Part shown: in pieces, positions 10,895 through 18,338 of the stretch
How positions within the stretch are numbered: the stretch's first letter is position 1
How the letters are laid out: each line of letters opens with the position of its first letter
NCBI GenBank assembly: GCA_947628115.1
Contig: CANQYS010000001.1
Coordinates: 7,837 to 71,836 of the forward strand
Length of the DNA stretch: 64,000 nucleotides
Origin: an uncultured Clostridia bacterium
GTDB lineage: Bacteria; Bacillota; Clostridia; TANB77; CAG-508
Direction of reading: 5' to 3'
Position numbers and translations under genes: made by a program
Notes under the pieces: model-generated
Seen by the model: the letters and a program-made list of their open reading frames with translations, nothing else
The model's database searches: none
Told to the model about the DNA's origin: nothing

Positions 10895-11755
10895 CTAGTG
10901 GTGATTGTAGGAACCTTCGTACATAATATCCATTAAGTGAGATGCGTCGTCACTTTTTCCTTCACCATCAAAGCCTATATAAGCTTTGATGGTACCATTT
11001 TGCATAAGAAAAAGTGGTTGTCCCCACGCATCTGATGATAGACAGTAATTACAATCTATTACTGTAGTTACATTATGTGCTACAGGAAAAATAGTTGATA
11101 AATTTGTGTCTGAATCTAATATTTTAAAACCATATACATCTGTTACAGAATGAAATAAATATATAAATTCTGCTTCAGAATATCCAACATATGATGCACC
11201 TTTAATCACATCAGTACTTGAAATAGCCTTGCCGAATGACCATAAAGTTATTTTATTATCATTAGCGTTATACACTAATGATTTTAAAGGGAAGCGAGAC
11301 ATTATTTCTTCACCATTTACAATATTGTGGTGGATGTACCCAAAATATTTGGTAGGATTCTGCGACGATGACGAAGTAAATCCATACAAATATCCCTTAT
11401 CATTTATAACAAGGAGAAATAATGCTTTTGAATTTTTATCCCGCACAAATACTGGATGAAAATATTTGGAATTGTAGTAATTTACAGTTTTGGATTCTGA
11501 ACTATAATTTTCAAATCCAAAACCAGAAAAATATTCCTCATTGTAACGAAATTTATCATGGTTTTCTTTGTAAAAAGTGAATACCGCATTTTCATCTTGA
11601 ATATCAATTAAAGAAATGTCATTTTTATCAGCAATTTTGGACTCCGATGAGGGTCCTGATGAGAACTCAATTGTGATTGTGGATTTACTATTATTACAAC
11701 CAGCAAAAATCATGATTATAATGACTACAATAGATAATGAAATTATTTTTCTCAT
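10895..11755 (-). CDS. hypothetical lipoprotein
   Basis: Signal peptide with lipobox IFAGC. No recognisable family. Contains an in-frame CGG (11443..11441) apparently read as Arg. Confidence 0.5.
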   Translation of the reverse strand: MRKIISLSIVVIIIMIFAGCNNSKSTITIEFSSGPSSESKIADKNDISLIDIQDENAVFTFYKENHDKFRYNEEYFSGFGFENYSSESKTVNYYNSKYFHPVFVRDKNSKALFLLVINDKGYLYGFTSSSSQNPTKYFGYIHHNIVNGEEIMSRFPLKSLVYNANDNKITLWSFGKAISSTDVIKGASYVGYSEAEFIYLFHSVTDVYGFKILDSDTNLSTIFPVAHNVTTVIDCNYCLSSDAWGQPLFLMQNGTIKAYIGFDGEGKSDDASHLMDIMYEGSYNHH

Positions 11756-12051
11756 ATAAATTTTTCTCCTATTTAAAATTTATAAATTTTCAATGTACTA
11801 GCAAATTCTCTAATTGTAAAAAGGAACTCCTTTTTAATTTTCCTTCTTAAATTCGTATTAATCAGGAACTTACCTTTTGTACAATGGTAATTATAACATG
11901 CTTTAACATAAAATACAAATTTTCGAAATTTAACCTATTATAAAAATATATTGTAAATTGATTAGTATAAATATATAATTATTGTATTTTTTGCACTTTT
12001 TTGTAATATGTATCATAAAATGTAATATATACAAAAAAGGAGGAAATTTGA

Positions 12052-12429
12052 ATGTATAGAAATTATATGCAAGCAAGAACTTGTTGTTCATGCAATTGTT
12101 CATCTAAAAGTAATTCATGCAATAATAACAAAGACAAAGATATAATAGATGATACTTGCGAATGTGTTCAAAACATGATGGATAATAGTGATTCATGTGA
12201 ATGTGGATTTGATGAAGACAATTTATTTCCAAGCAATCCTATGTATGCACAAAGCTATGTACCATGGCAAACAATGGATAAAACATTTACTCCGTGTGTG
12301 GGTTTAAAAATGGGAACAATATTTCCAGAATTAGTTAGTCCATATATGCCAGGACAATCAATGGAAGAAATTGAATATATTAGAAGAACAAATAAAATAG
12401 GAGAGGGGTGCAACAAATATGGAATGTAA
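12052..12429 (+). CDS. cotJA: spore coat-associated protein CotJA
   Basis: Conserved YVPWQ....GTIFPEL motif. Strong RBS AGGAGG. First gene of the cotJABC arrangement. Confidence 0.8.
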   Translation: MYRNYMQARTCCSCNCSSKSNSCNNNKDKDIIDDTCECVQNMMDNSDSCECGFDEDNLFPSNPMYAQSYVPWQTMDKTFTPCVGLKMGTIFPELVSPYMPGQSMEEIEYIRRTNKIGEGCNKYGM

Positions 12430-12718
12430 TGAAGACATTGAAAATAGAAATAATTGTTCAAACAACAATGACAATAGAAGACGTGAAATGATTGAGCAAA
12501 TAAAATGTTTGAATTTTGCAGTAATTGAACTTGGTCTATATTTGGATACACATCCTGAAGATCAAAAAGCATTATGTATGCATAGAGAATATTGCAAACA
12601 GTTAAAAGACTTAAAAGATAAATATCAAAAAATGTATGGGCCACTTTCAATTTATTACCCATGCAACAAATGGAGATGGCTAGAAGAACCATGGCCTTGG
12701 GAAAGGGGGAATTATTAA
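12419..12718 (+). CDS. cotJB: spore coat protein CotJB
   Basis: FAVIELGLYLDTHPEDQKAL...YGPL signature. Overlaps cotJA, and its stop overlaps the cotJC ATG (TAATG). Confidence 0.8.
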   Translation: MECNEDIENRNNCSNNNDNRRREMIEQIKCLNFAVIELGLYLDTHPEDQKALCMHREYCKQLKDLKDKYQKMYGPLSIYYPCNKWRWLEEPWPWERGNY

Positions 12719-12817
12719 TGTGGACCTATAATAAAGTATTAGAATATCCAATAAATATAAAATGTCCAAATCCAAGACTTGCAAAATTTATAATATCACA
12801 ATATGGTGGACCTGATG
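12718..12817 (+). CDS. cotJC: cotJC (manganese-catalase-family spore coat protein), 5' fragment (codons 1-33), interrupted by the element
   Basis: MWTYNKVLEYPINIKCPNPRLAKFIISQYGGPD matches the CotJC N-terminus. The frame then runs into element DNA and stops after 5 codons. The continuation GELAASLRYL is at 23885. Confidence 0.85.
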
Positions 12818-12831
12818 AACAACTGATTTTA
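12805..12831. other. attL junction of the cotJC intervening element
   Basis: The cotJC sequence ends at CCTGATG. The element-side arm CAACTGATTTTA (12820-12831) is the exact inverted complement of 23865-23876. Confidence 0.75.
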
Positions 12832-12880
12832 TGATGCACATCAAATTAATCGCTACCTATAGCCATTTCTAAGCATTTTC

Positions 12881-12985
12881 TATGCCATACCCCGACAAAA
12901 TCATACGCAAAAATCGGAGAGTAAAACTCGTTCGAGTTCTACTCTCCTTGCTTTTTGCATTTTGTCAATTAAGGGGTATGGCATA
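12881..12985. other. long imperfect hairpin (about 105 nt) at the left end of the element
   Basis: Nested arms TATGCCATACCCC/GGGGTATGGCATA, GACAAAAT/ATTTTGTC, GCAAAAA/TTTTTGC and GGAGAGTA/TACTCTCC. Confidence 0.7.
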
Positions 12986-12996
12986 ATATGGCTTTA

Positions 12997-13863
12997 TCAA
13001 GCCCCCAAATTTTCAAGCTGTTCAATTCTCTTTGAGGTATAAGGGTGAGACGCTTTCAGTCGTTCCGTCAGCGTTGCTTTGCCATGAAATGAAATCTTAT
13101 CAATAATATAAAGTGAATTTTTCAACTCCGTTCCATAGCCTATCAAAAAGGCGTATTCATCGGCTAACAATTCGCTGTGTCTGCTGTTTAAAGCAATAAA
13201 AACATCTCCCGAAAAAACGAAAAGGAAAATTGCTGTGTCAAAAAAAAGTCTTGACATAAACAGAACAAAAGAAATAACTACAATCACAATATTTTTACCG
13301 CTCAGCATATTAGAAATTGTCTGAGCGATAAACGCGCATAAACGCAGTACCAGAACAATAACCGTAAAAAATCCGTTGCCGACTGATTTAATAAGCAACG
13401 CCGTTGTATCGCCATTTACAATATGACCGAATTCATGGGCAAGAATACCCTTTAACTCTTCGCGGGTAAATGTTTCCATTGCTCCCCTTGTAACGGCTAT
13501 CGTATGCCGACCCATGGCAAACGCATTAACCGTCATAGTATCCGCTATGTAAAGTTTAATATCCTTATTGAGGTTTGGCGTATATTGCAACGCGTCCACA
13601 TAAACCTCCTCAAATATCGGCAAAAGATAGTCTTTGTCTGTTTGCGTCTGAACAGGTCTTACACCCTCTAAAAGTCTTGCAGTTATTTCACCTAAAGGAG
13701 ATACCGAAAAAGCAACCGATATGCCGTACAACAACACGGCAATAAGCAAGCTTAATAAAACATTTTGAATAAAAATATACAGAATTAAAACAGCAAAAGA
13801 AAAATAGAAAACAAACCAAATCAAATACGCCCAATTTGATTTAAAAAAACCGCCGTTTCTCAT
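12997..13863 (-). CDS. M48-family zinc metallopeptidase (membrane)
   Basis: HEFGHIVNGD zinc motif, several TM helices and C-terminal SHPYTSKRI. The ATG at 13863 is preferred because RBS AAAGGTGG lies upstream. Confidence 0.75.
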   Translation of the reverse strand: MRNGGFFKSNWAYLIWFVFYFSFAVLILYIFIQNVLLSLLIAVLLYGISVAFSVSPLGEITARLLEGVRPVQTQTDKDYLLPIFEEVYVDALQYTPNLNKDIKLYIADTMTVNAFAMGRHTIAVTRGAMETFTREELKGILAHEFGHIVNGDTTALLIKSVGNGFFTVIVLVLRLCAFIAQTISNMLSGKNIVIVVISFVLFMSRLFFDTAIFLFVFSGDVFIALNSRHSELLADEYAFLIGYGTELKNSLYIIDKISFHGKATLTERLKASHPYTSKRIEQLENLGA

Positions 13864-14024
13864 AGAGAACCACCTTTCGCTAATATAGTTTTTCATTTAC
13901 CCCTTAATTCCAGTACAATACGGGTTTTGCGGTTGCTGTCAAGGGCGGTCGCAGACCGTTTATTTTACCCTTGACTGCGAGTGCAAAATCCGTTAAACTT
14001 TTTCAGGGGTAAATGTAAAACGGA

Positions 14025-15416
14025 CTAAAACGGTTTGTTTATTGTTATGTACGAATGAAAATTACTGTCCTTTGACATAAAAATTCCCTCACCTGTTTGA
14101 AGTCGTTTAATATCATCTGGGTGGTAATAAAACTCTCGGACACGTCTTGCACTTCCTAAACCTGTTTCAGAGGTTTCAAATATTCCGTTTTGCTTTAACT
14201 GATATGTAACATCAATTGTCGGCCTTGTTCCCAATACATTCGCCCAATGCTCGGAATTAACGGCGCTGTTCTGTCGGAGAACAATATAATTGTTCGTATT
14301 TTCAATAACCTGTTCTTTAAACGTTTCATTACAGGCAAAATCCAAATCGGATAAACTCTGGGTAGCAAGAATAGAAGTAATATTTGCACTTCTTGACTTA
14401 TTGATTAAATCTATTAAAGCCGTTGAAACATAAGTATTAATCTCATCAAAGATATAAAACGCTCTTTCAAGCCCCGTACCAAAGCACTTATTAACCGCCT
14501 GTTTTGCGTCTATTAAAACCAATCTTCCCATAATCGGCGTAATTTCGGGATAAAGCAACGGATTAAGAATAAACAGTATAACCGCATTTTCTTTTATCGC
14601 CGTATAAACGTCTATCCCGTCATCGGCAAAAATACCGCCGAATTCGCTTTCGGCAATCGTCCCAAACCTTGCCGTTGCACTTCCCGCTATTTTTCCGCTT
14701 ATTTCCGCAATATCAATATTTAAACTATGTTCCGATTTGGATATTTTGCCGACTTTTAAAAGATATGCGCTTAACGCTTTGAAACGCTCAACAGGGATAT
14801 TATCAATAATTGTTTTTAAAGATAATTGCTTGTCCGCTTGTTTTAAAAGCATAATCAGCTTTTGCAAATATCTTTCTGTATTTAATTTATAGTGTTCCTC
14901 GCTCCAATCAGTCATATTAATTAACATGTCCTTGCACATGGTCGGCGTAGCATTTTTGAACGGATTGTATTTTGCAGACTTCTCAGGCTCGGCAAGCGAA
15001 ACAACGTACAATTTCTTTTTCCCTTTGCAAAAACGCTTTGTAACTTCAAGAATAGAACCGTTGCCCATATCGCCCTTTCCGTCAACAATAAGCAAGGGAT
15101 AGTCTTTTTCAATACCATGCTTAATAAAATTGGATAACGCAACAGTTTTTCCGCTACCTGTTGTACCGCATATAAAACAATGCTTACAATCGTCGGGAAT
15201 ATAAACCGCCTTTTTATGGGCAAGTCCTATAAATGTTCCTGTGCAATCCTTTGAAAACGGCGTTTTACTTTTCTTATTCATGCGTTTCAGTTCTTTCCAA
15301 AAATTAAAATGCCTTTTGACTGTTAAATTTCTTCTGATACTTAAAAATATAAAGAAAAATGCAATTAAGATAATACAAGTAAATATATAATCGGCATATT
15401 TGTCAATGCCGTTCAA
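14025..15416 (-). CDS. type IV coupling protein-like ATPase (TraG/TraD/VirD4 superfamily)
   Basis: N-terminal TM helix, Walker A GTTGSGKT and Walker B-like FYIFDEIN. The TTG start overlaps the stop of the upstream gene, suggesting translational coupling. Confidence 0.7.
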   Translation of the reverse strand: MNGIDKYADYIFTCIILIAFFFIFLSIRRNLTVKRHFNFWKELKRMNKKSKTPFSKDCTGTFIGLAHKKAVYIPDDCKHCFICGTTGSGKTVALSNFIKHGIEKDYPLLIVDGKGDMGNGSILEVTKRFCKGKKKLYVVSLAEPEKSAKYNPFKNATPTMCKDMLINMTDWSEEHYKLNTERYLQKLIMLLKQADKQLSLKTIIDNIPVERFKALSAYLLKVGKISKSEHSLNIDIAEISGKIAGSATARFGTIAESEFGGIFADDGIDVYTAIKENAVILFILNPLLYPEITPIMGRLVLIDAKQAVNKCFGTGLERAFYIFDEINTYVSTALIDLINKSRSANITSILATQSLSDLDFACNETFKEQVIENTNNYIVLRQNSAVNSEHWANVLGTRPTIDVTYQLKQNGIFETSETGLGSARRVREFYYHPDDIKRLQTGEGIFMSKDSNFHSYITINKPF

Positions 15417-16066
15417 ATAATTTCATTAAGTCCATTTTTTACCTCCGTAAATTCAATAATTCTTATGTTATGATAATCATTTTTCTTGTTTGCAAGGTAA
15501 GTTGATATTTTAGAATTAAAATCGGGAACAATCCAGAATTGAATATGATAATCCATAAAATCAGAAATGATATTTTTCTCAAATCGTCCCTTTGATTTTA
15601 AATTTAATTCAACCTCAACGCAGAACGATTTTTGACTTTTCTTAAAAACAAAATCGGGTCTGTGTCTGCGTATGCCAAAACCGTCCTGCTTGTGCAATTG
15701 CTTTTCCGTTATCATATCGGAAAAAGCAATTGCATATTTACGATTAAAATATATAGCTGTATCTAATACGGCAATATCATGTATAATTTGTTCTGCTCGT
15801 ATACGCCCCGTCTTATCGGGAACGCCGATTAAAGCTTTTCCCGAAGATGTAAGGGAATAAAGGCTCGGAACGCCGTATAATATTTTTTGTCTTGCTATAT
15901 AATCTGCGCTAAGCAGTTTATTAAGTCTTCTGTCGCATGTCCTAAGAGAGGGAAAACCCGCTAAAACCGTAATATGTCTGCCTGTTACGGCTCGCCACCT
16001 GTAAATTTCATTAAGTATTAAATAGTCGCGTTCAACTAATCTTAGCTTATCCACACTCACCACCAC
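15413..16066 (-). CDS. replication-relaxation family protein (putative relaxase or accessory protein)
   Basis: Winged-helix-like N-terminus LTERDYLILNEIYRWRAVT-type pattern followed by a nuclease-like C-terminus, typical of PF13814 proteins that pair with T4CPs in Firmicutes. Confidence 0.6.
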   Translation of the reverse strand: MVVSVDKLRLVERDYLILNEIYRWRAVTGRHITVLAGFPSLRTCDRRLNKLLSADYIARQKILYGVPSLYSLTSSGKALIGVPDKTGRIRAEQIIHDIAVLDTAIYFNRKYAIAFSDMITEKQLHKQDGFGIRRHRPDFVFKKSQKSFCVEVELNLKSKGRFEKNIISDFMDYHIQFWIVPDFNSKISTYLANKKNDYHNIRIIEFTEVKNGLNEII

Positions 16067-16368
16067 GCAAAAATATGAAACAACATGTATCTTTGTATTA
16101 TTGTATGAGCATAAGAGAAAAATAGAACAATATATAAGTACCTGTGGAATGTATCTGCAATTGCTTATCGTTCACAAATCGAAATGCAATTGCAGAAACA
16201 AAGAAAGAAACAGCCGTTATGATACGGCAATATTGTATACGTAACAACGCATACCGTCAGTTACTGACAGTGCTTTTTCCGTTAGGGCGTGTTACACGGT
16301 TCGGCGAAATTCTGCAAGCGTAACGCTAAAGAATTTCGCCGAACAAAAGCTGAATAAATCCTCACAGG

Positions 16369-16530
16369 TACTATACAACTACAACTTACTACTAACAACA
16401 ACTACTAAACAATCTACTACAACTTACTACTATACTACTAATAATTACTACTAAACGAACTACAACAACAAGCTAAACAAAATAATACAAATATAAAAAA
16501 ATATATAAAATAAAAACATAAAAAAACACA
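16369..16530 (+). other. G-depleted (C/A/T-only) tract with degenerate direct repeats
   Basis: Only 2 G in 162 nt. Contains repeated CTACAACTTACTACTA and TTACTACTAAAC units. There is no ORF on either strand. Confidence 0.8.
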
Positions 16531-16660
16531 GCAACAGCACAACACACGAGATGAGATGTTACTCCATGATGAGAGAGTGAGGTCTCGGGAAATTTGCCGA
16601 GACCTCACTCTCTCGGAGGAACAGCGAAACCGTGTGTTACAGGGCGGTTGCTGTGTTTTT
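16522..16660. other. compound hairpin of about 138 nt (candidate bidirectional terminator, oriT or structured RNA)
   Basis: Outer stem AAAAACACAGCAAC/GTTGCTGTGTTTTT, middle stem AACACACG/CGTGTGTT, and a perfect 18-bp inner stem GAGAGAGTGAGGTCTCGG/CCGAGACCTCACTCTCTC with an 8-nt loop. Confidence 0.8.
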
Positions 16661-16695
16661 CATTTATAATTTTTTATTTTATATGTACCGATGTA

Positions 16696-16734
16696 GAAAG
16701 TACAGTTTTGTATCATCTTGAAAGTACAGTTTTG
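16696..16734 (+). repeat. two 15-bp direct repeats GAAAGTACAGTTTTG
   Basis: Exact copies at 16696-16710 and 16720-16734. A TACCGATGTA motif also recurs at about 16687 and 16808. Confidence 0.8.
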
Positions 16735-16830
16735 ATATAAAAAATCAAGAACAGACAAGCAAGAATACACTTATCCGTTCTAAAGAAATAACATATTGAA
16801 TATCATATACCGATGTAAACAGATATATAC

Positions 16831-16860
16831 TTTTTCGCAAAGTTTCTAACTTTGCGAAAA
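16831..16860. promoter_or_regulatory. lox-like recombination site, left (arms TTTTCGCAAAG/CTTTGCGAAAA, spacer TTTCTAA)
   Basis: 11-13-bp inverted arms flank an asymmetric 7-bp spacer. The partner site at 18218-18250 has the reverse-complement spacer TTAGAAA. Confidence 0.6.
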
Positions 16861-16885
16861 CCAAAAATCGCCGATTTCTGATTTC

Positions 16886-16914
16886 ATATTACACTAAATA
16901 TAATAAAATGTCAA
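16886..16914 (-). promoter_or_regulatory. consensus sigma-A-type promoter facing left (TTGACA-17-TAATAT)
   Basis: On the minus strand, TTGACA (16914..16909), a 17-nt spacer, then TAATAT (16891..16886). It lies about 25 nt inside the left lox-like site. Confidence 0.6.
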
Positions 16915-16997
16915 TAAAATTATCCAAAGCTAAAGAAAAAATAAAGCATATAATTACATAATGAAATAAAATGCCTTTAAAAATAATAGTTTTTATT

Positions 16998-17024
16998 CTA
17001 TTAGGGGTCAAAAATGGGGTCAAA
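16998..17024 (+). repeat. 27-bp direct repeat CTATTAGGGGTCAAAAATGGGGTCAAA, copy 1
   Basis: Exact second copy at 18142-18168. Contains a tandem GGGGTCAAA motif. Confidence 0.9.
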
Positions 17025-17050
17025 AATTTAAGTGAAAGGATAAAAATCAA

Positions 17051-18148
17051 ATGCCGAAAAGAGGGGAAAATATACGCAAACGAAAAGACGGTCGCTGGGA
17101 AGCCCGATATATTACAGAAGACGGAAAACGCAAATCAATATATTCAAAAAGCTATTCCGAATTAAAGCAAAAACTAAGAACAGATACGGAAGAAAAAGCA
17201 CCGACAGAGCCTACCATTGAAACTAATGTAGATACATCTTTTATTAAGATATGCGAACTATGGCTGAAAGAAAAGGAAATCAAAAACAAAAGGTCAACGT
17301 TTGCGAGATACCGAGAAATCATATATAAGCATTTAATACCGTACTTTTCCGATTGTCCGATTTCAAGAGACAGTATTAATACATTCATTATAAACAAATC
17401 AAATACAGAGAATTTACAGGAAAAGACCGTATATGATATTGTAACCGTACTTATGCAAATCATTAAATACGGCGTTAATATGGGACATATACAGGATTTC
17501 AACTATGGCATATCAAGACCGACTATTCACAAAAAAGAACTTGAAGTATTGACGGAAGATGAACAAAAAAAGCTTGTAAATTATATAAAACAGACTGTTA
17601 CCTATGAAAATATAGGTATTCTTTTATCCCTTTATTCAGGATTGAGAATAGGTGAAATATGTGCCTTGAAATGGCAGGACATAGATATTAATTCGGGAAC
17701 AATATCAATAACAAAAACAATGCAAAGAATATCTGTAGCGGATAATAAATCAGATATTAAAACAGCAGTTATTACAGATACTCCGAAAAGTCAGAAATCA
17801 ATCAGAACAATACCCATTCCCGATTTTTTGAAAACGGAACTAAAAAGGCTGTCAAAAAATTGTTTACCCTCCGCCTATGTTCTTACCGCCAGTGAAACGA
17901 AATACACCGAACCGAGAACATACCAGTACAAATTTAAAAAATATCTTGAACAAGCGGGGATAAGAAACATCAATTTTCATGCGTTAAGACATACGTTTGC
18001 GACAAGAGCAATTGAACAAAATATTGATATAAAAGTATTAAGCGAAATTCTCGGACACTCGACAATTAATTTCACATTGGAAAGATATGTACACATCTCT
18101 TTAAGCTTTAAAAAGCAGAATATTGAAAAATTGAATGTTTGCTATTAG
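17051..18148 (+). CDS. tyrosine recombinase / site-specific integrase (Tn916-like, with arm-binding N-terminal domain)
   Basis: N-terminus KRKDGRWEARY (AP2-like arm-binding domain). C-terminus carries ALRHTFATRA....LGHS......RYVH with the catalytic R, H..R and Y. Confidence 0.9.
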   Translation: MPKRGENIRKRKDGRWEARYITEDGKRKSIYSKSYSELKQKLRTDTEEKAPTEPTIETNVDTSFIKICELWLKEKEIKNKRSTFARYREIIYKHLIPYFSDCPISRDSINTFIINKSNTENLQEKTVYDIVTVLMQIIKYGVNMGHIQDFNYGISRPTIHKKELEVLTEDEQKKLVNYIKQTVTYENIGILLSLYSGLRIGEICALKWQDIDINSGTISITKTMQRISVADNKSDIKTAVITDTPKSQKSIRTIPIPDFLKTELKRLSKNCLPSAYVLTASETKYTEPRTYQYKFKKYLEQAGIRNINFHALRHTFATRAIEQNIDIKVLSEILGHSTINFTLERYVHISLSFKKQNIEKLNVCY

Positions 18149-18168
18149 GGGTCAAAAATGGGGTCAAA
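18142..18168 (+). repeat. 27-bp direct repeat, copy 2 (contains the integrase stop codon)
   Basis: Identical to 16998-17024. A third GGGGGTCAAAAGG motif is at 18251-18263. Confidence 0.9.
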
Positions 18169-18186
18169 CCAAAAGGAAAAACGGGC

Positions 18187-18223
18187 GAGAGCAAGCAATA
18201 TAGCCACTTTTGCTCTCTTTTTT
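18187..18223 (+). terminator. rho-independent terminator after the integrase gene
   Basis: GAGAGCAA/TTGCTCTC stem followed by TTTTTT. The T-run is also the left arm of the right lox-like site. Confidence 0.6.
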
Positions 18224-18250
18224 CGCAAAGTTAGAAACTTTGCGAAAAAA
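18218..18250. promoter_or_regulatory. lox-like recombination site, right (spacer TTAGAAA, inverted relative to the left site)
   Basis: Same arms as 16831-16860 with the central 7-bp spacer reverse-complemented. Lies 88 nt upstream of the surface-protein ATG. Confidence 0.6.
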
Positions 18251-18338
18251 GGGGGTCAAAAGGCTTTTATTATTATTCCCATACTTTGCGAAAATTATAC
18301 AATAAATTGTCGAAAATTTTAAGGAGGTACGCAAACAA

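Noticed and set aside
16369-16530. The G-free tract as a coding low-complexity (Thr/Leu/Asn-rich) protein segment, or as a CRISPR-like array.
   Set aside because: Stop codons occur in all six frames. The repeats are degenerate and contiguous, with no regular repeat-spacer periodicity, and there are no cas genes.
16971-17165. 64-aa ORF overlapping the start of the integrase gene.
   Set aside because: It is out of frame with, and largely overlapped by, the well-supported integrase ORF, and it spans the 27-bp repeat. It is most likely spurious.
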